This document shows positions 19,090 through 28,678 of a stretch of DNA of 64,000 bases, piece by piece. Within the stretch, counting starts at the first letter, position 1; every line of letters starts with the position of its first letter. Origin of the DNA: a bacterium (GTDB lineage Bacteria; UBA8248; JACPRG01; G963555815); assembly GCA_965218795.1 (NCBI GenBank), contig OZ244653.1:4416001-4480000 (forward strand), given 5' to 3'. Under the pieces are notes generated by a model that was not told the DNA's origin, did not search any database, and worked only from the letters and a program-made list of their open reading frames with translations. Position numbers and translations under genes: made by a program.

Positions 19090-19279
19090 CGGCGGAACGG
19101 CGTCGCGGAATGGACTGGAGGTCGGGTTGACTGCCGCCCAGCCTGGCGAGTCGTCGCGCGCTTTCCCGCTCTACCAGCGCCTTCAGCGCTTCCCGAATCA
19201 GCGCCGGTTTCGTCTTGATGCTGGTGACTTCCTGGGCCCGCGCCAGCAATTCATCGTCTATGTTCAGGGTTGTTCTCAT
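19076..19279 (-). CDS. vapB: VapB (DUF2191-like) antitoxin
   Basis: MRTTLNIDDELL...LIREALKALVERESARRLARLGGS. Confidence 0.9.
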   Translation of the reverse strand: MRTTLNIDDELLARAQEVTSIKTKPALIREALKALVERESARRLARLGGSQPDLQSIPRRRSADDSD

Positions 19280-19335
19280 CTCTGATGCTCCATGTCTGAT
19301 TGACAGGACGAGAAAATCATTCGGCGCGAATTTTA

Positions 19336-19347
19336 CATCAATTGATG
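19336..19347. promoter_or_regulatory. Candidate vapBC autoregulatory operator
   Basis: Perfect palindrome CATCAATTGATG about 60 bp upstream of the vapB ATG. Confidence 0.45.
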
Positions 19348-19353
19348 CTGAAA

Positions 19354-19945
19354 TCAATGCCTTATTTCACGAACCGCATCCAACAAGCCATAAAGTAAGG
19401 GTGACTGTTTTACGAACGCCGCCGGGTGAGAAAAGGAGACAACATACTTACGGGCATTTCTCTTATACCAGCAGACACCTCCTGTTGTTTTTTGCCACAT
19501 CTTCTGATGACCTACCACCTCCCGAAACAACCCCTCCACGTCACTGCCTCCGCAGATCGTTATGTCCGGATCGTAGAGGTCGTATTGCCTTCGGATATAG
19601 TCTTTATCTTCCCCGGCTACAGTCGCCAGAGCTGCTGAATCAGGCGTGGGGCCGCCCGGTGATTTTCTCAGATTCATTGCAACAATGCTCTTGAGTATTT
19701 CCTTTCTGAAATCTTCTGTTATTTTTTCATAGAAAGACCATTCGCGTATTGGGGGCAAGTTCCGCATTCCGTGAACCCACCTCGTCAGGTTATTCCAGGT
19801 CGCCGGGCGAGCACCCTCCAACAAGATTTTTCTTAAATCCCAACCGCCGCCACCCGGATCATTCACTTCTTTTAAGATAAAGACAATTTTCAGGCTTGAT
19901 GTCTGATAGCCGTGTTCCGACACCACGCCATCACGAACAAAGCCC
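19354..19945 (-). CDS. Hypothetical protein, possibly uracil-DNA-glycosylase-like fold, 5'-truncated
   Basis: FVRDGVV...KIVFILKEVND, MNLRKSPG, YDPDITICGG, SHPA; the in-frame region upstream hits a stop without a clear start; AT-richer than the flanks. Confidence 0.5.
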
Positions 19946-20033
19946 GTCCGACGCCTCGTACCTGTAGCGTTCCAGGTCCTCCGGCGCGAGCTGTTGCACT
20001 ATGCGCCGCTTGCCCTCTCCCGTTCCCCGCCGG

Positions 20034-21362
20034 TTATTTCATCAGACTGGGCAACCAGAGCACGATTGCGGGAAAGATGATCATGATGGCCATGACCACC
20101 AGGTTCAACCCAACGAACGGGATGGCCGCCCGGTAGATGTCTCCCATGGAAGTGTCCGGGGAGGCAATGCCCTTCATGACGAACAGCGACAGCCCGAACG
20201 GCGGAGAGATGGTGGCCAGCTCCAGATTGAGAAGCATGATGGCGCCGAACCATACCGGGTCCCAACCCAGGCTGCTGACAATCGGCATATAGATGGGGAT
20301 GGTCACCAGCACGATCGAAGTCTGCTCGATGAACATACCCAGAAACAGCAGGACGATTTGCATCAGGATGAGAATGACGATGGGGTGAACGGGCAGGCCG
20401 ACGGCGAGATTGGTGATTCCGGAGGTGACTCCGGTGAAAGCCAGAACCTGACTGAACGCGGCCGAGCCGGTGAGGATGATCAACACCATGACCGAAATGG
20501 AGGCCGTCGTGCCCACCGCCTTCTTGATGACCTCCCAGGTCAGCTTCCCGTAAGCCATCGCCAGCAGAAAGCAGAGCAGAGCGCCGACCGCGGCCGCCTC
20601 CGTGGGGGTGGCGATCCCGAAGAAGATGGTCCCGATGACAATGAAGATGACGGATACCAGCGGCACGACGTACCGGAATGTGTTCCCGATGCGGCGCCCG
20701 ATGGGCGTGGGCGAAACATCGTAGGCCGGCGCCAGGGAGGGCTTGAGGGTGCATCGGACGACGATGTAAAGGGCGTACACGCCTGCCAGGAGAAACCCGG
20801 GGAGGATAATGCCCACCAGGAGCTTGCCCACGGAAATTTTGCCCAGGCTCGCCAGGATGACCCCCAGGGCCGTGGGCGGGATCATGATCGCGAGGCTGCC
20901 GCTGGCCAGGATGGGACCCAGCGACATGGACTTGCTGTAGCCGCGCCTCTGCATGTCCGGAACGAGGGTGGAGCCCAGCATGGCGACGCTGCCCATGGCC
21001 ACGCCTGTCAGGGTGGCAAAGAGGGCTCCGGCGCCCACGGCGAGCAAAGCCAGCCGGCCGGCGATGCGCCCCAGCCATTCGTCCAAGACGTCAATCATCT
21101 TGTAAGCGACGCCCGAATGGAACATCACCGCTCCCATGAGGATGAACATGGGGACGGGCACCAGGACAAAGGTCGAAACGGAGCTGTCGATGCTGAGGAT
21201 GAGCTGATTCAGCCCGATTCCTCCGCCCCAAAACACATAGACTCCGACGATGTTGACCAGCGTGAAAGCGAAGGCGACAGGCAGTCCGATCAGGAGCAGG
21301 ATCATGAGCCCGCCGAAGAAGAACAACAAGTAGAACCACCACTCCACCGCCACTGCCCTCAT
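20034..21362 (-). CDS. dctM: TRAP transporter large permease DctM
   Basis: VPMFILMG, GSLAIMIPP, GIATPTEAAAVG, ISPPFGLSLF. Confidence 0.93.
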   Translation of the reverse strand: MRAVAVEWWFYLLFFFGGLMILLLIGLPVAFAFTLVNIVGVYVFWGGGIGLNQLILSIDSSVSTFVLVPVPMFILMGAVMFHSGVAYKMIDVLDEWLGRIAGRLALLAVGAGALFATLTGVAMGSVAMLGSTLVPDMQRRGYSKSMSLGPILASGSLAIMIPPTALGVILASLGKISVGKLLVGIILPGFLLAGVYALYIVVRCTLKPSLAPAYDVSPTPIGRRIGNTFRYVVPLVSVIFIVIGTIFFGIATPTEAAAVGALLCFLLAMAYGKLTWEVIKKAVGTTASISVMVLIILTGSAAFSQVLAFTGVTSGITNLAVGLPVHPIVILILMQIVLLFLGMFIEQTSIVLVTIPIYMPIVSSLGWDPVWFGAIMLLNLELATISPPFGLSLFVMKGIASPDTSMGDIYRAAIPFVGLNLVVMAIMIIFPAIVLWLPSLMK

Positions 21363-21877
21363 TCGATCGCGTTGACTTTTTCAGCCTCCCCGCCGCGGAG
21401 ATGGGCATGCGCCCGCCTGATGAACTGGAGACAGAGAAAGAACCCCCCCAGCGGTATGACGCCCACATTGATCACCCTTGGAATCTCGATTTCAGCCGGA
21501 ATCAGTATCCCCCGCTGCCAGGACGTGACGGACTCCATCGTTCCCCAGACGGTCAGAATCAGGCAGAGGACGGCGCCGATGACGGAATTGATGATATTCA
21601 GCCAACGCCGGGCCTTCGGATTGAGCCGAGTCACCAGGAGATCGATGGTTACGTGCTCTTCTCGTCGGAGCACCCATGCGGCGCCGAGAAAGGCAATGTA
21701 GAGGAGAAGGGTTCCGCTGATTTGGTCAACGCCCATCAGCCCTTCACGAAGGACGTATCGGAAGATGACCTTGACCGAAGTCAACAGCATGACGACGACC
21801 AGAAGGCCGCCCGCCAATGCGCCTCCGATGTTCAAGAAAGCATCAAAAATACGGGTGGCTTTGCTGCCCGCTGCCAT
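21359..21877 (-). CDS. dctQ: TRAP transporter small permease DctQ
   Basis: Four TM segments; FLGAAWVLRREEHVTIDLL. Confidence 0.9.
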   Translation of the reverse strand: MAAGSKATRIFDAFLNIGGALAGGLLVVVMLLTSVKVIFRYVLREGLMGVDQISGTLLLYIAFLGAAWVLRREEHVTIDLLVTRLNPKARRWLNIINSVIGAVLCLILTVWGTMESVTSWQRGILIPAEIEIPRVINVGVIPLGGFFLCLQFIRRAHAHLRGGEAEKVNAIE

Positions 21878-22066
21878 GAAGGGGTTTCCTTGTCACCGGA
21901 GGTGTGCAGACGCTCCCCGCCAGCCGAACTCATCCACAGGCGATCAGCGCGCTCTCGGGCCGTGAAGAAGCTTACCCCCCCTTCGGTCTCGGCGGGGCGA
22001 ACGAAACCGTTCATGGGTGAGTGTTGAGCCGGCAGGATGGCCCCGGGAGGGTTGAGGCTGACGCAG

Positions 22067-22111
22067 GGAGAAGGATTCGGACCATAGCGATCCAGGACCG
22101 AATCCTTCTCC
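22067..22111. terminator. Strong hairpin between dctP and dctQ (partial terminator or mRNA stabiliser)
   Basis: GGAGAAGGATTCGG / CCGAATCCTTCTCC 14-bp stem. Confidence 0.55.
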
Positions 22112-22196
22112 TGGAAACTCCGGCCCGGCCGGTCTCGGTCCAGGCAGGCGGACCGGCGTCTTGTTGGAGCCGGATCTCTACCTCAGCCCGGAGAAC

Positions 22197-23207
22197 CTAG
22201 TCAAAATTCATGAGCTTTCTGGCTTTGGCGTAATCGCCCGCGCTCATGACCTTCTTGAAATTCGCCCACAGGGCTTCATTGGAAGTCTTTTCCCAACGGG
22301 CGGCTTCGGCCTTCGAGAACTTGATGACCTTCATGCCGGCCTTTTTCATGATGGCCAGCTGGTTGGCCTGGTGAGCGGAAATCCACCCCCGGGCCCAGGT
22401 CTGAATCTCGCGGACGGAATCCAGGATGATCTGTTGCAAGTCCTTGGGAAGACCGTTCCACTTCGCCAGATTCATTCCGATGCCGATGCCGTCGCGGTAC
22501 AACGGGTGGGCGATGACATACTTGGATAACTTATGCCACCCGAAGTTGGTGAATCCGTCATAGTACGGCCAGGTGAATCCTTCCACCGTTCCTCGATCCA
22601 GGGCCAGACCGACTTCCGACGGTGGCAGGGTGACCGGCTCGGCTCCTACCGCTTTGACGAAGAAGCGGGTCAGCGGCGGCACCCGGATCTTCATCCCCTT
22701 GAGGTCGGCTATGCTCGACACCTTCTTCTGGGTGTACATGAAATGGTTGCCGGTGCCGAGATCGCCGGAGAAGTTCCCGAGATAGCGGACACCCTTTTTT
22801 TCGAACATTTTCACCATGAAATTGAACAACTCGCTGCCGGGCCCGTTGTCGGGAACGCCAAACGGCGACAACTCCGTCATATAGCCGGGTTTGACAACCC
22901 CTGCCCAGTAGTTCAGCGCGCCATACCAGACATCAAACACGCCCCTCACCAACGCCTCGGGCTGATCGAAGGTCGGTACGACCTCTCTGGAGCCTTTGAA
23001 GGTGATGACCAGCTTTCCCTTGGCGCGCCGGTTGACCTCTTCCATGAAGCGGATGCCGACATCCGCCGCTGCGGAGACGCGCGGCGGCCAGGATCCGACC
23101 AGGGTGAGCTTGATGGGCGCGGCCGAGACCGTCTTGGCCAGGGCGGAAGTCAAGACAATGGCCAGACAGGCCGCAAAGGCAATGCTCAACAGTCCGTGTC
23201 TCTTCAT
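22197..23207 (-). CDS. dctP: TRAP substrate-binding protein DctP
   Basis: Signal peptide; DLKGMKIRV, ALDRGTVEG; GGAGGAG RBS before ATG 23207. Confidence 0.92.
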   Translation of the reverse strand: MKRHGLLSIAFAACLAIVLTSALAKTVSAAPIKLTLVGSWPPRVSAAADVGIRFMEEVNRRAKGKLVITFKGSREVVPTFDQPEALVRGVFDVWYGALNYWAGVVKPGYMTELSPFGVPDNGPGSELFNFMVKMFEKKGVRYLGNFSGDLGTGNHFMYTQKKVSSIADLKGMKIRVPPLTRFFVKAVGAEPVTLPPSEVGLALDRGTVEGFTWPYYDGFTNFGWHKLSKYVIAHPLYRDGIGIGMNLAKWNGLPKDLQQIILDSVREIQTWARGWISAHQANQLAIMKKAGMKVIKFSKAEAARWEKTSNEALWANFKKVMSAGDYAKARKLMNFD

Positions 23208-23577
23208 CGGATCTCCTCCATGGTCGATCTTTCTCCCCTTTCGGTCGCCACGCTCGCTGACGTGCTGCATCACCAGGGGCCGGGTGCAAGGCGGAATTGC
23301 CGGAATCCAGAGCTTGGACGCATATGACGATGATATTGTAACTGTTTGGATGATTACACAATTTCAAAGGGCGCCTGTCAACAGCTAATCAGACCTGTGT
23401 GTCCGGGATCGGAAATAGCTGAAATGGCGAAAATAGTGGGATTTACCGGGTTCTGGTGGGTTCTAATGGGACAGGATACGGGGAATCAAGGGGTTGGGGC
23501 CTATCGGGCGCCTGCCCGGCGCGCAATGAAATCATTGCGGATTTTTTGGGAAGATTCGGGAAGAACGGCCCAGGAAA

Positions 23578-23806
23578 CGCTTTTCCCCGGGCGGTTCAGG
23601 GGTCTTTTTCGGAAGCCCCAGCGTCTCGCCCGGCGGCCTCATGGTAGCCATGATTCTCCCTCCTCCCTCTGGAGGGAGAGGGTTTTTTCGGGGGGCGTCT
23701 GTCTCATCACCGACACGCCCACTGGCATGCACCATGTTGGCTCGGCCCATGACCGTTCAGGGGTCTTTTTCCGGGGGGATATTCCACTTGTCATTCCCGT
23801 GGAAGC
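23578..23806 (+). repeat. Composite ~230-bp dispersed repeat, copy 1
   Basis: High similarity to the reverse complement of 36494-36697 (e.g. GCGTCTGTCTCATCACCGACACGyCCACTGGCATGCACyATGTTGGCTCGGCC; GTTCAGGGGTCTTTTTC). Confidence 0.85.
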
Positions 23807-23974
23807 CTGCCCCTGGTCCTTAAATCCCTCCCCCTTGAGGGGGGAGTCGGCAAGACAAGGGCGCAGTCCGCGGATTTTGCCGGTGGGGGGGGAGAGACGG
23901 CGGCCCGGATTGCCGACAGCATCGCCGCCGCCCGCCGGACGGACTCACGCGGTACCCGGCCGTACCCCCATTTG

Positions 23975-24345
23975 GTCATTCCCGCGGAAGCGGGAATCCA
24001 GTTCTTTGCCCTTGTCCGGTTTGGACATCGCCCCCCTCCTGCATATATGCTCCGCGCTTTTTTCGTCCTGGTTCCCATCTTTGCAGGATACGGCCCCATG
24101 CCTGTTCAAGCCTTTTAATCTCCCTCACCCCAACCCTCTCCCAGGGGGAGAGGGGAACGCCTGTCCTCTCATGACGGCGTATCCTCAAAATGTGTCCTGC
24201 CTGAGAGATGCGTCCCTGCGTCACGTGATGGGGGAACCCTGGCGTCACGACCCGCTCGATCCTTGCCCTGCACGGCCCTGCACGGACGCTCTGGATTTCT
24301 GCTGCAGCCTGTCCCCGAGGGCTTCTATCGGGGGCGGGAATGACC
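23975..24345. repeat. Cluster of REP-like palindromes
   Basis: GTCATTCCCGCGGAAGCGGGAATCCA (23975-24000), CCCTCTCCC-AGG-GGGAGAGGG (~24134-24154), and a REP with a nested palindrome (~24292-24343). Confidence 0.75.
24212..24269 (-). pseudogene. Stub of a REP-associated / Y1 tyrosine transposase (RAYT-like)
   Basis: (R)ARIERVVTPGFPHHVTQGR resembles the 'MAR.AR.V.PG.PHHVTQRG' N-terminus; the start codon position reads AGG. Confidence 0.6.
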
Positions 24346-24642
24346 GAGAGCCCGCCCCTGCATGGTTTCGGCAGGGGGCACCGTAATCCGAATGCCCCGA
24401 GCGGTTTTGGTGAAGTGACGGCTTCTCCCTGTATTACCCGTTCCGTTTATGCGACAATTTGAAGGCGAGGGTGCTGAGTGTGGGGAGGCGCAAGGGGATT
24501 CGTGTTGTTTGGGGTGCGTGAGAAATAGGTGCCCGAAGGAGTCGGTAGGCGCTAATGCCGTCGGCCGGGGAGGTCAACTGCTGCAAGGAAATCGTTCTCT
24601 AAACAGCACGGTTCGGGGCAGATATGGCCTTGGAGAAATTAA

Positions 24643-25840
24643 ATGAGCGCTAACGACAGGAACATGACCATGCGGACGAATCGCAACGCGGATTTCATTC
24701 CTGTCACCAATGTCTCTGATACTGTCACACGTCTGGAGGCGGTGCGTGAAGCGATCCGCGCGGAATACCGTAAGAAGCATTCCGATCCCTGGATCGTCGC
24801 CTATTCCGGAGGCAAGGATTCTACCCTGCTTTTGCACTTGGCTTGGGAAACCATGCTGTCGCTTCCGCCGGGGAAGCGCCGGCGAGAGATTCATATCGTA
24901 TCGAACGACACCCTTGTTGAATCCCCCCTCGTTATTCGCCATTTGAAGAAAAGCCTTTCGATTATCGGGGAGGCCGGGCGCAAAGCCGGCTTGCCCATAA
25001 CAACTCAGGATAACGAAGCCGTGCATTGACCAGACTTTTTGGGTCAATCTAATTGGCCGGGGATATATTCCGCCGACTCGCAACTTCCGTTGGTGCACCG
25101 ACCGGATGAAGATTCTCCCCACGGATCGCTTGTTGGAAAAAATCGTTCTCGCCCACAGACGCGCCGTTTTATTGGTCGGGACGCGCAAAAGCGAGTCCCA
25201 AAACCGCCGCCGCAACATGAAAAGGCATGGCGTGAAGGCTCACAAAATGAACCCGCACGGAAGCATCAAGGGGTGCCGTATGTTCGCACCGCTTGCCGAT
25301 TTACAGGACGAGGACGTGTGGATGATTTTGATGCAGCTTAAGCCGCCTTGGGGAGGCTCGCACCGCGACCTGGTTACGCTCTACCGTAACGCGGGCGGCG
25401 GCGAGTGCCCGTTGGTGCTGAGCAAAGAGGACGCGCCCTCGTGCGGCACCACCTCACCGCGCTTCGGTTGCTGGACCTGCACCGTTGTCAAGAAAGACAA
25501 GTCCCTGCGCGGCCTGATTGATTCCGGGCATGAAGACGAGGAAAAGCTGGAGGTGCTCGCGGAATTCCGCGAGTGGCTCATAGAGTTGCGCGAAAACGAC
25601 GACAACCGTCTGCCGGTGCGTCGTGACGGAAAAGCCAAGCTCAAGACGAACGGGACTCGCGTCATGGGTCCGTTTCGCCTGGATGTGCGGCAACGCATTT
25701 TGAGCCGTCTGAAAGAATTGGAAGGGCAGGTCGGGGAGCGGCTTATTTCAGCTTCGGAAATCGAGGTCATCGAGGACGTCTGGAGGGTCGATAAAATTCG
25801 TGAGGATGGGCGGCTCGCCCTGATAGAAGCGTGCGCCTGA
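24643..25840 (+). CDS. dndC: DNA phosphorothioation sulfurtransferase DndC-like, split by a +1 frameshift at ~25008
   Basis: WIVAYSGGKDST, SNDTLVESP, then in the shifted frame FWVNLIGRGY.PP...FRWCTDRMKI.PT, GTRKSES..R, RFGCWTCTVVKKDKS, GPF. Confidence 0.88.
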
Positions 25841-25879
25841 AAGCCTTCAATGGCACCGAAACCGTAATCGAGACTAGCT

Positions 25880-27034
25880 GTGCCGAACCCAGATGATTAT
25901 CTTCCCCGTGAACACGGACTCGGCGATAAAGCTATCGACGCTTTGTCATGCGTGTTTGAAAACACGGCGGGTTCCTATAAATTTCTCTGGACATTCGCCA
26001 TTTTGAAAGAAATTGATACCTCCGAGGAACACGTTATCCCCATTGAAAAATTGTCGAATTCCATGCTTTGCGAGTCGGTGGTTCCCATCAATCGATTCAA
26101 ATTAAATTTCGGTTTCCACGATCGAATGGAATCACACATCAAGAAGCTGGCGAAAATCGCTTCCGTCAAAAAAGATTTGGTGCAGGGGAAATTTGATCCG
26201 CAAGCAGTCAATCAAAAATTGTTGGACCGGATATATGCGAAAATGACGGCAAACGTCCCGCATCGCTGGCTTCGCCCATTTTTCACAGAACGAAAAATTC
26301 ATAACCCAACGCGCGCGGAAAAAGTGGTTCGTGAAGCATTGATACGATTCGTCGAAGAATCTTTTGATACCCAAAACCCGCCACCATATAAATTGACAGA
26401 GAAAACTATTATTCTGCATCCGCTTTGGCGCGATTATTTTAAGCGCAACATGAAAATCGTCTGGTGTTGGGCTTTATGGCACTGGACAAACTATCTACAA
26501 GCACGCAACTCAAATATTCCTGCGGTTGCCAACAAGATCGGTTCTCCCGAATCTCGCGGACAATGGAAAGGGGAGCAGGAGTTTTGGCGAGGAATCATGG
26601 AGAAAACGCCGGGTGGCATTCATTGCGTTTACAGCGGTGATCCACTTCACCCATGGGACTTCCATCTCGATCATTATGTGCCTTGGAGTTTTATCGGGCA
26701 CAATCGCTCTTGGAATGTCATTCCGGCAACCGAGGAAGCAAATGCGCAAAAACGCGACAGCCTTCCCCACGAAAAATACTTTCAGCCTTTTGTCGAGTTT
26801 CAACATACGGCGCTAACGATATGGAATCGACATTTTCAGCGTCGTTTTAGAGAGATCACAGAGGCTTACCGTGTTGACTTGCAACTCACATCGGAACAAT
26901 TGACTGACCCAAACAAACTAAAGGAAGCGCTTATACGCACGATAGCTCCACTAATGGAAACCGCGAAAAACAATGCGTTTGAAAGCGATTGGCTCTATGA
27001 TCGAACCTCAAAAATCTCCCTCCTGACGCCATGA
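25880..27034 (+). CDS. HNH endonuclease with an N-terminal 'SYKFLW' helical domain
   Basis: NTAGSYKFLW; C-terminal CVYSG...LDHYVPWSF..HNRSWNVIP....NAQKRD HNH motif; lower GC than the flanks. Confidence 0.85.
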   Translation: MPNPDDYLPREHGLGDKAIDALSCVFENTAGSYKFLWTFAILKEIDTSEEHVIPIEKLSNSMLCESVVPINRFKLNFGFHDRMESHIKKLAKIASVKKDLVQGKFDPQAVNQKLLDRIYAKMTANVPHRWLRPFFTERKIHNPTRAEKVVREALIRFVEESFDTQNPPPYKLTEKTIILHPLWRDYFKRNMKIVWCWALWHWTNYLQARNSNIPAVANKIGSPESRGQWKGEQEFWRGIMEKTPGGIHCVYSGDPLHPWDFHLDHYVPWSFIGHNRSWNVIPATEEANAQKRDSLPHEKYFQPFVEFQHTALTIWNRHFQRRFREITEAYRVDLQLTSEQLTDPNKLKEALIRTIAPLMETAKNNAFESDWLYDRTSKISLLTP

Positions 27035-28314
27035 GAACTCTGTCCCTCTATCCGGCAATGCGCGCTCGTATGGGTGGAGAAAATCACTTTATTCTCAAAA
27101 TGAAGTCGTGGGATTTAGTCGGTCTATGCCGTTTGCCGCGAAAAATCAAGGAGTGGGACGAAAACTTGTCCGTTGAAGAACGCTACCAGCGAGACATCAA
27201 TTACAACCGCGTCAAAAAACAAATCGCACCGTATTTGGCCAACGATGATTCGCGTTTTTTCGGTGCGATTATTGTCGCGGCGATGAACTTTGGAGAAGAA
27301 GTTTCATTTGAGCCGTTGTCCGACGTGACGACGAAAGGCTTGCCTGGCTTGTATCGCGCGGCGGCTTCCGGCATGGGCTTTTTAACTTTCAGCGGTGGCG
27401 AAGTACTCGTCCCGTTAGACGGGCAACATCGACTGAAAGCGATTGAGTTCGCTGTTACCGGACGAGACGAAATAGGGCGTGACATTCCCAACATAATCAA
27501 CCCCTGCATGGAACTCGCGCAAGAGGATGTCACCGTTGTTCTGGTAGCCTACGAGCCGCAAAAGGCGCGCAAGATTTTCACGCGCGTTAATCGGTACGCC
27601 AAACCGACCACGGCCGGGCAAAACATCGTTACAGACGACGACGATATCGCCGCCGTGCTGTCACGCGAAATCACCAACAACCTGATCGGCGGGAGGCTCG
27701 CCAAATACACCAGCAACACCTTGCGCCCGAGGGATCCCGAATTCACTACCCTTGCTATCATCTACAACTGCAACAGGGAGATTATTACAAAAACTTTTCC
27801 TACCGGAAGTTTGGACACGACATCATTGCCCGAAGCGGCCAATATGAAACTGTACCGCGACAAGGTTCTAGAAGTATGGGAAGTCTTGTTGGAAGGAATT
27901 GATGTATTCGCGGACGCCCCCATCGACCCCGATGAAACGGGCGACGAGCAGCGTTGCGAAATACGCAGGACAAATCTGCTAGGCAAGCCTGTTGCGCAGG
28001 AATGCTTGGTTAAAGCCTTTATCCGCCTGACGGGTGCTCCCACCAACATGAGTCACGAGGAAGCGTGCAAAAGACTGAACGCCTTGCCTTGGGGCATTAC
28101 TGAAGAAAACGTTCAGATGTGGCAAGGTGTTCTTTGGGCGGGAGGGGTGGACGGCAAAATCATCACCAAGAATCGTACATTGGCGACCGACATTATCGCT
28201 TATCTTGTCGGCGAAGGAATCACGAGCGAACAGAAAGCCGAATTGCTGGAAGACTACCGTAAGCAGTTCCCCGAAGCCGAACGCGAAGGAAAAGAGTTGC
28301 CTGAATTAAGCTAA
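27031..28314 (+). CDS. DGQHR-domain (DndB-like) protein
   Basis: YQRDINYNRV...PYL...RFFGAI, PLDGQHRLKAI, IFTRVNRYAKP; ATGA overlap with the HNH gene. Confidence 0.88.
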   Translation: MRTLSLYPAMRARMGGENHFILKMKSWDLVGLCRLPRKIKEWDENLSVEERYQRDINYNRVKKQIAPYLANDDSRFFGAIIVAAMNFGEEVSFEPLSDVTTKGLPGLYRAAASGMGFLTFSGGEVLVPLDGQHRLKAIEFAVTGRDEIGRDIPNIINPCMELAQEDVTVVLVAYEPQKARKIFTRVNRYAKPTTAGQNIVTDDDDIAAVLSREITNNLIGGRLAKYTSNTLRPRDPEFTTLAIIYNCNREIITKTFPTGSLDTTSLPEAANMKLYRDKVLEVWEVLLEGIDVFADAPIDPDETGDEQRCEIRRTNLLGKPVAQECLVKAFIRLTGAPTNMSHEEACKRLNALPWGITEENVQMWQGVLWAGGVDGKIITKNRTLATDIIAYLVGEGITSEQKAELLEDYRKQFPEAEREGKELPELS

Positions 28315-28678
28315 GTGCAATTCCGGCAGTCTGTGGGACTTTATTCTGCGAAGCACGGGTGGCCGCTCGATGGGATGTACAGGGACGGTAATCACCTGAC
28401 AGTGCCGCCCCGATTACCGCTCATGCCGCAGCCCGGTTGCGCCGCTCGCCCGTCATCGGAACCCCCCCTATTAGCCCTCCGGATGCTTCGAGGAGCCCGC
28501 TTGGCCCCACGACGGGGCTTTGCGTCAATCCGCTTTGTCCGTCGGGCTCTGCCTTCTGCTATAATGGGTCTTTGCTTTGGGCTGTTTCCCGGCGGTTGTG
28601 AGAGCCAACCGTCTCGTGCTGAACCGGGTGGAGAATCAATTTCCGCGCCGGAGCCATCGGGAAGGAGAAGGCGGAGCG

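Noticed and set aside
20001-21701. 566-aa plus-strand ORF
   Set aside because: Antisense to dctM/dctQ.
23346-24386. 346-aa ORF across the repeat-rich region
   Set aside because: Translation of REP and other repeat DNA (e.g. SFPRKRES, PHPNPLP); no protein-like features.
15800-28400. Prophage or integrative element carrying the defence genes
   Set aside because: No integrase, tRNA attachment site, phage structural genes or flanking direct repeats were seen; a TRAP operon splits the two patches.
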